A stretch of 64,000 nt of DNA, taken from the NCBI GenBank assembly GCA_010909165.1, contig VJWM01000019.1:248001-312000 (forward strand), read 5' to 3'. Shown here piece by piece: positions 25,041 to 38,080 of the stretch. The stretch's first letter is position 1, and each line of letters begins with the position of its first letter. The position numbers and the translations under genes are program-made. Under the pieces are notes generated by a model. That model was not told the origin of the DNA and did not search any database. It worked only from the letters and a program-made list of their open reading frames with translations. Source of the DNA: Anthoceros angustus (lineage: Eukaryota > Plantae > Anthocerotophyta).

Positions 25041-28000
25041 GTTAGGGAGCATTCTGCATCAAGGCACATTAAGGACAATGGTAATCGAAATTGCCTTCCT
25101 CGCACGATACAACCGGGATCTCAATAATTCTTCCAAAGAATTGGCCTTCTCAATTGAGCCCACCATGTCAAATTCGCCATGTACCCAATCGCCCTGTCGA
25201 AGTTTTGTTCTCGGCCGAACGTCAAGTGATAACCGCGTGTTCAGCCCCTATATGCCCCTTACGGTTTTCCAGCGGCCCGAAGGCCGCTGCACGGATGTCG
25301 GAATGAATGGGACCCATTGCCCACTTCCCCTTCTCACACCATCCCGCAACCATGTCGAAAGTCCTCATCGTCCGTGCATGCCTCCGCTCTCAATGGCGAT
25401 AAAACTTGAATCTTGTAACAAATACCGGTGTAAACGCCTTGAGCATCCACCCCAAGCTTTAATGTCCCGCCTTGCCCGATGGTGTGGTCTACTTCCTCGA
25501 AACTGTGAACTACCTCGGACACATGTGCTTCGTCTTGGTTGTTTCCATCCATAAACTCCGAGGCATAGTGCATAGCCTCCATGGCCAGATATCCGGTTGC
25601 AATAGAACCCTCGGGTTTGGCGCGTTGGCGCACATGTTTCTTAAGCACAAGTAGATACCGCTCCATCGGGTACATCCACCGCGTGTGTACTGAGCCATGT
25701 GTTTCCACTTCATCCACAAGATGGATAATGAGGTGTTGCATAACATTCCAGAATGTCAAAGGCATGAACTGCTCTAGCTTGATGAAGATGTCGATAACCT
25801 CTGCCTTTTTCGCCGGGATATCGGACACATAAATCTCTTTGCCACATATCCATCTGTACAAACCTGCCAATCGGGTGATGACATTTAACTCCTGTGGTGG
25901 GAGCCTCCCTCGCAATGCTATGGGCAAGTAATGCATGCTCCGCCTCAATGGCGATAAAACTTGAATGTCAGAATAAATACCGGTGTAAACGCCTTGAGCA
26001 TCCACCCCAAGCTTTAATGTCCCGCCTTGCCCGATGGTGTGGTCTACTTCCTCGAAACTGTGAACTACCTCGCATACATGTGCTTGGCCTTGGTTGATTC
26101 CATCCATAAACCCGAGGCATAGTGCATAGCCTCCATGGCCGATATCCGGTTGCAATAGAACCCTCGGGTTTATGCTACGCACATGTTTCTTAAGCACAAG
26201 TAGGTACCGCTCATCGGGTACATCCACCGCGTGTTCTTGGGCCATGTGTTTCCACTTCATCCACAAGATGGATAATGAGGTGTTGCATAACATTCCGAAT
26301 GTCAAAGGCATGAACCGCTCTAGCTTGATGAAGATGTCGATAACCTCCGCCTTTTTCGCCGGATATCGGACACATAAATCTCTTGCCACATATCCATCGA
26401 TAACCGCCAATCGGTGATGACATTTAACTCTGGTGGGAGCCTCGCAATGCTATGGGCAAGTAGTACCGCATCAAACAATGCCAATCGTGACTTTTCATGC
26501 CGATAACCTTGGGACCGGTAAAACATCCTTTCAAATTTGCAGCGGTTGGCGGCTTCATGTCGCAAATCTCATCCTTCACGGCGTAAGTCCGATGGTGAAA
26601 GGACGTACGGTGCCGATGGCAGGTGTTGAATCTCTCCCTCCTCAACCACCCACACCCATGGCTTACAGTCACTCTCTTCCATATCAAACTTGCTGTGGAT
26701 GGTGTCGCCTAACCCACTTAATGTGCCCCAAATAGCTTTGCAGTTGTTGGCCTCCACGTACATAACGTCTTTGACCCACAGCTTACGGGTAAGGCTGAGA
26801 TAAGGCAATGAACGCAAAATGAGGGAGTGCCGTTTCACTGCCCATGTTTGCGGTCGGGCCCGCTCATGGGCGGCTGAGGCTGCCCATGACTCCATCTCGG
26901 CCATGACATCTGTCACGGAACGAGGCACGGGCGGCGCCGCCAACATTGTTGAATGCCTCAATATGCATCCTACGGGGTCGTTGAGAAGGGCACCATCGTC
27001 GACGCCTTTCAGCACTTCTCCAATTCCCGAGACCATCTTGCACCTAGTGAAGCCCACAATCAATGCGAGCCTTTCCGCGTGCCTGCAAGCGGCGAACCCA
27101 ATCCGTAGTCGCAAGTTGCCACAACCAATGCTGCCGAGATTGAATATCCGGTGTACATCATACAGCGGAAAAATCCTCACAAGGCACACCGTCCCCATAA
27201 CCGCTGCAATTGAGATTAGAGGCTGCGGTAGATGTCCATATTTGGTACTTGGCGAGGCCCTGGAATAATGGTTGATAGGATAATGCGGTGTTTCTTTGTC
27301 GAAACCCAGGGTGGGAGATTCTGAATGACAAGCATCACTGGCCAGATAGACTTGGAATTAGACCTCTGTCGCTAGGGTTCATGCCATCGGTGGAAATGCT
27401 AAGCCTCACATTTCGGTCATCCGCACCAAAATCTCCAACGGAGTCCAAAGTTCTCCAGGCCGGTGTGTCCCCCAAGATCCGCATTTTCCCATCCTCGCTG
27501 CGATTCCTAGCCCACCATGTCATGTCCCGTGCTAGCTTGGGACACCGAAAAATGCGCCTCAGCGCTCAATTAATGGAAAGTACCAAAAACTTTTCCTCGG
27601 AACTGGCAAGCTCCTTCCAATACCCGGTGCGTAATGAGGCAGCGGGCGTAAACTAGCGCCTTGATGTGCACCCGGTATATGCTACGCCTTTGGGACAGGA
27701 GGCGATCCGAACACGTGACTGTGACACTTGGAGCAATAGTTTATTCGCCTCTTGCCGACTTCGCGGTAGAGTGTTTGGAGATGGCAACAAAGATGTGCTG
27801 ATGACCTGGAAAATTCTGGACATTGCAGAGTCTGAGATATTGTAACACTCTTGCACTTGAAGGAGCGCCGTGGTTGATGATAAGGTGCTTTGGTCACTCC
27901 CTACAGGCCCGTGAGCGTCATATAACGCCTTTGACCCATACCATGGGTATGAGATAAGGCAATGAACGCAAATGAGGGAGTGTCGTTTCATCGCCCATGT

Positions 28001-29721
28001 TTGCGGTCGGGCTCATCATGGGCGGCCGAGGCTGCCCATGACTCCATCTCGCCATGACATCCGCCACGAACGAGGCACGGGCCGCCGCTCAACCCGATTG
28101 TTGAATGCCTCAATATGCATCCTACGGCGGGTCGTCGGAGAAGGGCACCATCGTCGCCTTCGCATGCACACTTCTCCAATTCGAGACCATCTTGCACCTA
28201 GTCAAGCCCAATCAATCACGGTGCCTTTCCGCATTGCAAGCCGCAACCCAATCCGGTAGTCGCAAGTTGCCACAACCAATGCCCGTAGATTGAATATCCG
28301 GTGTACATCGCCCACGTGCTGGAAAAATCCTCACAAGGCACACTGCCCCATAACCGCTGCAATTCGGAGATTAGAGGCCGCAGTAGATGTCCATATTTGG
28401 TACTTGGCGAGGCCCCGAATAATGGTTGATAGGATAATGCGGTGTTTCTTTGTCGAAACCTGTGGTGGAGATTCGAATGACAAGCATCACCGCCGATAGA
28501 CTTGGAATTAGACCGTCCGCTAGGGTTCATGCCATCGGTGGAAATGCTAAGCCTCACATTTCGGTCATCCGCACCAAAATGTCCAACGGAGTCCAAAGTT
28601 CTCCAGGCCGGTGTGTCCCCAAGATCCTCATTTTCCCATCCTCGCGATTCCTAGCCCACCATGTCATGTCCTGCTAGCTTGGGACATCAAAATGCGCCTC
28701 GCGCTCAATTAATGGAAAGTACCAAAACTTTTCCTCGAATCGCAAGCTCCTTCCAATACCGGTCGGTGCGTGGGCCGAGAAAGGCGTAAACTAGCGCCTT
28801 GATGTGCACCCCAAGATATGCTACGCCTTTTGGGACAGAGGCGATCCGAACACGTGATCGTGACACTTGGAGCAATAGTTTATTCGCCTCTTGCCGACTT
28901 CGCGGTAGAGTGTTTGGAGATGGCAACAAAGATGTGCTGATGACCTGGAAAATTCTGGACATTGCAGAGTCTCAGATATTGTAACACTCTTGCACTTGAA
29001 GGAGCGCCGTGGTTGATGATAAGGTGCTTTGGTCACTCCTACAGGGCCCGTGAACGTCATATAACAGCCTCTCCGATTCCTTACGCAAGGCATCATGCCA
29101 TTCGTATGGCAAGGACTGAACGAAGTTGTGCATAGCTTCTACTCCTCCAGGCTCATAAGCATCATCTGCAATATCCATTTCTGGCCTTGCGATGTCATCT
29201 TCAGTCTGATCTTCCTGTTCGCCGGGTTCAACGTGGGCCTCTTCACCATTCCCGTAAGCTTGCACCCGCAGCCGATCAGCACCAGGTGGAGCTGGTGCTG
29301 GACGTGGTGCTTGACTAAGCGGAAAGTGACCACTCCATCGAGGCTCTGCGGCGAACAATTTGCGTGGCGAGCGGGCGTCATCTTCACCGATCTTCCGCTG
29401 GGGTCAACGGGCCTCTTCACCATTCCCGTAAGCTTGCACCACCGATCGACCAGTGGAGCCGGTGGCCGGACGTGGTGCTTGACTAAGCGGAAAGTGACCA
29501 CTCCATCGAGGCTCCTGCGAAGCAGACAATTGGGCAGGTGACGAGAACCAGACGTCATCTAGAGGTGATTGAAATGGAGAGGACTGCCATGGTACCTGAA
29601 TTCGTTGTGGGAGATTGTGATGTCGGGCATGCCTCAACGCAATATCGAATCGCACAGTGCGGTTGAAGGGCCGGCAATCCGAACACGGACATCGAATCTT
29701 TGGGATTTGTCGATTCCTCAC
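24880..29721 (-). pseudogene. TnpD transposase of CACTA element A (Transpos_assoc, Transposase_21, DUF4218, start of DUF4216), with internal duplications
   Basis: KIRCPCSDC; LSSTTALLQVQECYNISDSAMSRIF; MTWWARNRSEDGKMR; RNVRLSISTDGMNP; KDVMYVEANNCK; GMKSHDWHCLMRYYLPIALR; HLIIHLVDEVETHGSVHTRWMYPMERYLLVLKKHVRQRAKPEGSIATGYL. Duplicated blocks at ~25375-26460, ~26785-29065 and ~29226-29560. Confidence 0.93.
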
Positions 29722-31744
29722 GGCCTTACCATTTCAAGCGCACTTTGGCAGCGGTGCTGGGGTGAAATGTTTGAGTGATGTGTGGCACGGTAGCCAGATG
29801 TGGCAGATAGCAGGAATGTCTTGCTCCCAGTCCTTTACGCCCAAGTGTGAATGGTCACATCGAAAACCAGATCTTCGGCAACTGACGGTAGATTACGCTT
29901 GTGTGTGGAACCGGCTTCTTCCTACCCTGTCAGACATGGTTTACGCTCTCAGAGTTAGTGTCTGAGTACATAGCACCTACGCCCCAATGCGAAAAGCTCC
30001 TGCTCCAATCCCCATCTGTTCCTTCTTGGCGATAGGCCCTTTCAGATCATCTCTGTTCGTCCAGTCGATTCAGGTGGGTTGGAATGGCACCCGGTGACAG
30101 TAGTGAGGGGGCAAGCTTGGCAATCGAAGGCATGAATTCGGCCGTGTCGCCGCCCACGGCGGAGATGGGATGAGCCGCCGATCGCCCAACCTTGCTCTGC
30201 GTCCGTGGCATCGGGAGGTTCACGCATCTGGAGGGCGTCACACCAAGAAACACTGTACATTTGGAAGTGGCGAGAGGAAGCCTTGTGTTGCGGCATGGAC
30301 GAGCCTATCTGGGAGCATTCACAGATCCCTTGCGGGACTATGTGTGTGCCAAAGCATATCGGTCGGGCAGTGGACACCCCAATTTGGACCCCGGGGCATG
30401 GTCATTGGGTGCTCCAGGCGTGAGGCGACTATGTTGAGTGGCCTAGAACGGAGTTTGTAATTGCTGGCGGTGGACGACGCCGCCCTCGCCTTCGTCGTGA
30501 GATGCATCAACGGGACGTTTTGGTGGGTGGCATGTCTTTGCACTGGGCTGCAATCTTGGCCAGCCCAGGTGCTTACATCGTCGATATCATTGAAGAAATG
30601 CGGACTCCCTGCGCATTTTGTCGGTTGTGGTTGAGGTAGGCACACCGGCAACTCGTCTTTCTTTGCTTGGGAGCAAGTTTGACATTCTCTGCGTAGAGCG
30701 GGAACCGGCTTTTGAGCCGGACACTGGGATCACCCTCCCTCGGGCACCCAGAGGTGATGATCCTGCACTGAGAGTTGAAATCGATATGCAATTCGAGGAG
30801 ATTCGCGACTCATACATGGGCAGGCAAGTTCGTGCGGACAGTGGGGCCTCCTTGGGATAGACGCCGCTGAGCACATGGGAGGACCCCGGGGAGAGTCTTG
30901 ATGATGTTCTATATGCAACTTGCACATAAGTTGGGGACATTTCAATTTTGAAGAAGGATCTCGACAATCATGTATTGGCCACGCGCCTTTGTTTACAATG
31001 ATACGAGCATATGGTGTGCTACTCCAGTCCGATTCAACGAAGAAGGAGCTGCTCAAGTGCTTGGGGCGTGCAATTTTGATCGTCCGCGCCATTGCATTGG
31101 AGGGAGGAAGAATTTGGGCCATTGTGGCGGGCAAGTCGTATGCTTTCAAATTTCAGCCTCGGTTTTGGGCGGGTTGTGCAAGTCATTGTCATGGCCCCTT
31201 GATTGAGTTGGATTAGGCCGGCGAAGGACCCTCGCGTAATTGCGAACTCACAAACTTGTTCTTGTCGACTCCCGTAGCGGATTGTTTTTGCCCGTAGATC
31301 GATGTTGGGGCGTGCCCAACAGACCGTTATTGATTGAAGGACTTCCGATCTGTCATTCCGGCTTCGGGCATTTTGTTGCCCGAATATCAGCCTGTGTGAG
31401 TCCAGGCAGATTGAGACTCAATTGGCGTCGCGCCTATTGAGGGGGAAGTGCAATAAAGTGTTGCCACTTCACCTGTCCGCGAGACCCGAGACTATGTCTA
31501 TGGTCCAATCGTTTCTCACGCTTGAGAATGCACGGACCACAAGTGAACCCGGTTCATCGCGACTGGCAGGGTCCCTCCCGTCCGGTGTACATCGTCCAAG
31601 CTGGGGTTCATGCATGCTCCAGTCTGACTGAGATCCAGCGGCCTCGTTTGGGCCGGAAATGACATTTGGGAAAACCCAGGTCGCCCTTGCGGGTCCAGGC
31701 ATGTCCGAGCACAAGCGAGTGAGGCCGGCCTCTGGCTGCCGCAA

Positions 31745-32990
31745 TAAGGAAGGTGGCGGCAAACCACCCATAAAGTGGACATGTGACGGGCACCGAGGGG
31801 CGAGAAATATGGCCCGACGCGTCATTTACTCATCCGTTACCAAGCATCGGAGTACCTTTGCTTTCGATTCAGGTTGTGTCGGATATGTCGGTTGCCATGA
31901 CGCGATTCGTAGCGTCATTTTCTAACCTAAATCATAATCTAATGCATTGTAGTAGTGAAGTCATCTCCCGCAGTTAAATTCGGTAGCTCGGCGACTCCGT
32001 TTGACCCAGCGATGTGTAGACCAGCATTGTCTTCCTATACCTTCTTCTGAACAATAGTTCTGGAATTGCTTTGAAGTGAATTCGCCTCCATTGTCAGATC
32101 GGAGCGTTTTGAGCTGTTTCCCAGTCCACCTTTCAGCATACTTGATGTAAGTCTTAAAGTGGTCGAAACACTCACTTTTATTCCTCAGGATGTAAGATGT
32201 GACGAATCTTGTCTTGTCATCTATGAAGGTGAAGAAACATCGACCTCCACCTATGGACTCCTGAGATAGGGGTCCACATAGGTCTGTATGAACAAGCTCC
32301 AAGACATCACTGGCTCTATCGGGTGCTTTGTTTTGGAAAGCTGCTTGATGTCTCTTTGACCACATACAGGCTTCATAAAGAGGTAAGGTGGCGGCAAACC
32401 ACCCATAAAGTGGACATGTGACCGCACTGTGTAAAATGACTGACCGTTCATTTACTCATCCGTTACCAAGCATCCCGCAATCGCTCGACTCACCGCTTGT
32501 GTTCAGATATGTTTATGACGGAAATTGCTGACGCCATTTCTAGCTCGTCATAAATCCTAATGCATTGTAGTAGTGGAAGTCATCTCCTGCAAAGTTAAAT
32601 TCAGCGCGACTGCTTTGTTGTGATGTGACCACCGCTTGTCTTCCTATACCTTCTTACGAACAATAGTTGGAATTGCTTTGAAGTGAATTCGCCCATTGTC
32701 GATCGAGCGTTTTGAGTGCTTCCCACCCACCTTTCAAAGATACTTGATGTAAGTCTTAAAGTGGTCAAACACTCACTTTTATTCCTCGGGATGTAAGATG
32801 TGACGAATCTTGTGTCATCTATGAAGGTGAAGAAACATCGACCTCCACCTATGGACTCCTGAGATAGGGGTCCACATAGGTCTGTATGAACAAGCTCCAA
32901 GACATCACTGGCTCTATCGGGTGCTTTGTTTTGGAAAGCTGCTTGATGTCTCTTTGACCACATACAGGCTTCATAAAGAGGTAAGGGTGG
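31745..32990. repeat. Tandem duplication, period ~640 bp, spanning the CACTA-A terminus/Copia integrase junction
   Basis: aaggtggcggcaaaccacccataaagtggacatgtgac at ~31751 and ~32385; the CACTA terminus ends at both 31957 and 32575. Confidence 0.88.
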
Positions 32991-33246
32991 CAGAGGCCCT
33001 ATAGGTCCAAGTTTGTACAAGGCCCTATAGGCCCTTGTACAAACTACTAAGCGCAAGTTTCTGAAGTTTTGCACTATGAGGATGACCTAGCCTAGCATGC
33101 CATAGCTGACTCTTGGCTATCTGCTGGTCAGATGCACCAGTAGTACTCTTAGCTATATGAGTCTGAACAGTACCATTATTAATGTGAAGTTGAAATAGAT
33201 CATGATCTCCATAGGCTAGAACCTTTTTATGATCAAAAGCATCTAT

Positions 33247-35948
33247 AACACGATAATTTTGCAAGGGGGGGAATATACAAACCCTCTTCTTCTGGGGTCG
33301 GACCCTCTTGACCAAACACCATCCAAAAATAGCCTTTTTATCAAAGAAACATCACCCCATTCACCGGGTACATACACTTACACATCAAATGTTTACTTTG
33401 CCTCCACTACAATGACCCATCAGTGGCCCGGTGGCCCTAACAGTCTATCACAACACTCAAGCCTTGTACTATTTTGTGGGGAACTCGTGGACTATCTATA
33501 CCACAAAAAATGGATCTTTCACCGTCAATCCAATGTTTTGAGTCTGTCTACTTTAGAATGGAGGAATATGACGGGCTACGTTGTGACTCATCCGGCTCGA
33601 GCGGATCGAATCCAACACCATTGCTAAATTACGATTCCACCAACACCATAATTATGGAAGATCCCTTCGTGAAATTGACATGTCCTTAAAAGAGGATTTA
33701 AACCCTAGGTCTTCAAAATGACATTAGCCTCTTTATTCCATCCACAATCAAAAAGTCTGCATTCTTTCCATTGACATGATAGAGAGCCTATCTAGGGCGC
33801 CGACCGGCCAGCGCCCTCCGTGATGTGTTCATGGACACCATTCAATAAATTCATATCAAAACTAAACATGGTTATACTTTGGAAAGAAACAAAACCGAAA
33901 GTTGTGTGTGAACGCCGACATGGCGGCCCACAACGATCGACAAAACGTAAACTTTAAACGAGCACATGCAAGCGGTTACGCCGGAATGGTCCTCATGGGG
34001 ACCAATCAGAACTCATACGGGCCTTGAGCCAACATCGAATGTATGACCACTTCTAAGTTCCACATGCGCCCACTGGGTCATCAAAACCATTGTTCTTGCC
34101 CATGGACTTGGCGTTTCGTTCTCCCCAACTCCGCCTCATCAAGCACTTGCGTAAGCGGTACTGTGGTCGTAGCCTATGCCGCTTTTGGTTTACGAGGACG
34201 TTCACGTCACTGGTTTTGGCTTTCACGGTTTGAATCATTGCCTTTATCAAACAAGTAACACATTCCCTCAACCATTTGAATGTATGTTTCAAATTGAATG
34301 AGCAAAATATGACATCTTTCACATGTCAAATCACAATGTACAGCCTTGTCGATCGCAAAGATGGTGTCCAGGATCAAGCACATGCCGAGCTATGACCTAC
34401 AATACAATGGTCGCCTTCAATGAGCTCCATAAAATGGAAGAAACTTGAGTGAGCCGTAGCCCTCTTCACCATTTTGATTCTTTTATAATTTGAGACCATT
34501 AATATAATATTACGAGTAATTTCAAACTCGCGATCAACGATTGAAAGATATTTGCTATGATTTTGGGTTTAAAACTACAAATTCTTAACTATGCTGGCCA
34601 AAATAAGGACTCTGAATGCGTCCTTAAGGACAGAATCCTTTAATTTAAAGGATGCCCTTAAAAATCAACAAAGTTGATGTACATGAGGAGTAGGAGTTTT
34701 GATCTCACGACCTACTACTTATTAATCTCTCTATCCACTTGAGTAACTACCCCAAGCCACAAATCACTTGAAGCGCTAATTATTTATTTTATCAAAGGCA
34801 GCCCATGGGGAGGGGAGGCGGCCGGCGCATGGGGAGGCGGCGCGCCATGGGAGGGCGTGCATGGGGAGGCGGCCGGCCGGCCGGAGGGCGCATGGGGAGG
34901 GCGCCCGCCGGCGCCCATGGGAGGGCATGGGGAGGGCGCCCATGGGAGGGCATGCATGGGCGCCGCCACCAAAGATCCTCTTTATGGATGTATTTTGAAA
35001 TTCTTCTCTCATGCCACGATTGCACCCATTTTGAAAAAACCTATGAACTTACTTTCATTAATTCAGATCAGTACAATGTGCAACTTCGTTCTCAAGAATA
35101 TATGGGCATGTTAGGTACCCGCCAAAATGTGGAACATAACATTACTTTGAGGTTTGGGGCCGTGGTTTTGAGGGGAACTAATCCCACTTACTCTATATAT
35201 TTTAAAAATATTTTAAAAGCAATCTCGATTTGGTTAACTTGTATGGTATTGAAATAGTGTGCATGAAGTACAAGGCCTTTGTGTTCCCCAGGGCGGTCAT
35301 TTGCTTTGAAGGACTTCGCACGCCCCACCCGGATGATGTAGTGGAATGCAAATGGAAACATGACCTTGTGACAAGGGCTTATTTGGTGCAGACAACCATG
35401 TGGGCGCTGTAAAAATCGAATGAAGGTGCTTCGAAGAGGGTTCCATTTGCATATCAATCGAATCGTCGTATACTCTATCACATACGAAGGACATTATGCA
35501 TGCGTGGGAAGTGAGAACGACCAGGAACTTTGACCTAAACCCCAAACTCTCGGGAGGTATGCGAAAGGGCGGCCGGCCGCGCCTTTCCCTCACACTGTAT
35601 ATGCCCAAAGTGTAGTATACAAACGACTACTCTGGGTCTTCTTTTGGTGTTTTTACATAGTGCCTTAGTTGAAAGGCAATATTTATGTGCATAACACCGC
35701 CAAGAATGGTCAACCACGTGGGTTCAATTATGCCGGAAATCGATGTGTTGTGGAAAGCCTAAACCTTTCACATGCCTCAGCCATTCATGAAAACAATGCA
35801 ACCAATGGTGTGACACCATGATTTTGTGATAAATTTTTAGAGCATGCCATGACAGGCCAGTTTTAGACCCATCAGAAACCCTCTTCGAAGGATAAAAGCC
35901 AGTAAACCCCCATCGGGTATATTCCCCCCCTTGCAAAATTATCGTGTT
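33247..35948. mobile_element. Non-autonomous TIR DNA element, 2702 bp, superfamily unassigned
   Basis: Perfect 32-bp TIR AACACGATAATTTTGCAAGGGGGGGAATATAC at 33247-33278 and its reverse complement at 35917-35948. TSD CTAT at 33243-33246 and 35949-35952. Removing the element restores the Copia frame ECQIIDAFDH. Confidence 0.92.
34798..34970. repeat. GC-rich degenerate array of CATGGG(G)AGG units inside the TIR element
   Basis: Repeated gcatggggagg/cccatgggagg units embedded in AT-rich DNA. Confidence 0.8.
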
Positions 35949-38066
35949 CTATGATCTGACATTCTGTTGTTGTGAATAGAACGTGACTGTGATTGTCAGT
36001 ATTTAGTCCACGAACTGAAATGAGGTTCCTAGTGATGTCAGGCACATAGTATACATCATGGAGAACTAGTGTGACTCCGGATGGAACTGACAAGTCGACC
36101 GTGCCCAAACCAGGAGAAACGAGTGATCTATATCATCACCCAGGTACACATACTGATCCTTCATTGATCTGTATGTCTTGAATGCACCTCTGTCAAAACA
36201 GATATGTGCTGTGGCACCTGTGTCAAGATACCACTCTGCAACAGGTCTAACCTCTGCTTTGGTTGACAAGCATGTAGGGATCAAAAGTGGATTAGCAAAC
36301 TCCCTGGTCCCAACTGTAAGGGCAGAGGGTGTTGGCTGCTTCTTCACCACTACGTGAGTTTCAGCACTGGACGAGCCCTCCTTGCGAGGAACTTCAGCCT
36401 GTTTCTTACGACACTCACACTCCCGATGACCAGGTGGTTTACACCAACTGCAAGTGCCTGGCTTCTTTCCTTTTTTGTTGGCAGGAGCTCCTTGCGAGCT
36501 GCCTCCTTTTGAGTTGTTAGCAGAACTTTGGAAATTCGGTCTTGCACCTTTTCCTCGGTTAGATGTATACAAAGCTTGCTACTTACCAGCACGTTTGTGA
36601 TTACCTCTGTTTGCTTCCTCCTAAAGCAAAGCTCCCACTAGCTCAAAGAAAGGTTGTCTTGGTAGATCAATCTTTGCCGCCTCACCAACTTCACGTTTGA
36701 GTTGTTAGCAGAACTTTGGAAATTCGGTCTTGCACCTTTTCCTCGGTTAGATGTATACAAAGCTTGCTACTTACCAGCACGTTTGTGATTACCTCTGTTT
36801 GCTTCCTCCTAAAGCAAAGCTCCCACTAGCTCAGCAAAGGTTGTCTTTGGTAGATCAATCTTTGCTGCCTCAGCCAACTTCACGGCTTGTGCTTGTGCAG
36901 CAGTGTGGGAAGTCACGAAATGTGACCAAAATTCTGGCAGCGATATGAGCATCCGCAGTGTCAACTCAGAATCGCTGAGAACTTCTTCAGAGGCTCCTTC
37001 AACCTTAGAGGCTAAGGGTTGAAACACTCCTACGTGTTTCTCAATTGAGTCACCTTCCTTCATTCTGTAATTTTGGAAGTGCCTCAATGCTGCCTTAACA
37101 CTCATGTAATTTCGTCCTGAATACAAGTCCTTCAACCTCTTCCAAATCTCTGCCGCTGACTTAGCCCGACCAGTCTACCTCAACATGTCAGATGTTAGGC
37201 CACTGCGTATAAGGTACATGGCTACGTCGTTCTTGACTAACCATGCTTCAACAGCATCCGAATCGGAAGATCCCGCAGGTCTCGTTTCATCACCTACAGT
37301 GATTTTCCAGAGTTTTCGGTAATTCTGAAGGGCTCCTTGCATTCGAAGGACCCAGATGTCATAGTCGGTTCCTCCGACCTGACCTTTTCTTTGAAGCCAT
37401 CTCCAGACACAGTTGACGACTCTGCCATTGTGTGTGCTGGCTTCCGTTGCCTATTGAGGATGTTTCTGTTTTGGTTGTCACTAAAGAGATCTGGGGGTTG
37501 AGTGAATGTCAATTCGCGCTCCTCTGGATACAAGCATTGAATGATTGTATTGAATGCATCTTTCAAATCAGCAACTTGCATAGGTACATTCTGATTCCTA
37601 CTCTGCCATGCAGGTTATCAGCAAGCATGAGCCTATTAGGATCTCTTAGCCTATTGCGTCTGTTAGGAATTAGCTCAGCAGGGTGAGGCTGCCACTGCTG
37701 GCCTTCCAATTCAGCCATTTCATTTGGCTTGAATTTTTGCTTTCAGAATGCAAAACACTTGCATTCGTAATTTCTCTTGTAATTCTACATGTTATCTGCC
37801 GATCAGGCAGTTGTCCTAGTGTATTCCCATTGGAATTGCTTAGAAACAGCAATCCAAGTGGAGTGCACTAGGGTCTCTTGATACTGCAGATCTAATATAG
37901 ATTTTTTTTAAAGAAAACAGCAGAAAATTCATTTTCTTGATTTTTATTTGTTTTCTTAATTTCAGAAGCATTTTCTAATAAAGAAACAACAAATAATATA
38001 TCATTGTGCACATCTTCTAATGCACAATTTTATGTGCATCCTTATGGATGCAATCTATATAGTATC

Positions 38067-38077
38067 CTCTGATACCA
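38067..38077 (-). promoter_or_regulatory. Primer-binding site complementary to tRNA-iMet
   Basis: The minus strand reads TGGTATCAGAG, 3 nt after the ...CA end of the LTR. Confidence 0.85.
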
Positions 38078-38080
38078 TAA

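Larger units (their letters stand above)
1..31957 (-). mobile_element. CACTA (En/Spm) element A; one terminus at 31957, interrupted by element B, other end outside the window
   Basis: The plus strand reads ...ctaatgcattgtagtagtg ending at 31957, i.e. CACTACTACAATGCATTAG on the minus strand, and directly abuts Copia integrase sequence. TnpD domains lie at 24880-29721. Confidence 0.75.
31958..37428 (-). pseudogene. Copia gag-pol, interrupted and frameshifted
   Basis: gag SAAEIWKRLKDLYSG...RMKEGDSIEKHV; zinc knuckle CSWCKPPGHRECEC; protease WYLDTGATAHIC; LHDVYYVPDITRNLISV; pre-integrase LWHARLGH; integrase LELVHTDLCGP...FIDDKTR...LRSDNGGEF. Confidence 0.93.

Noticed and set aside
34776-35257. 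Gly/Arg/Pro-rich ORFs in the TIR element
   Set aside because: They arise from the GC-rich repeat in several frames and show no transposase motifs.
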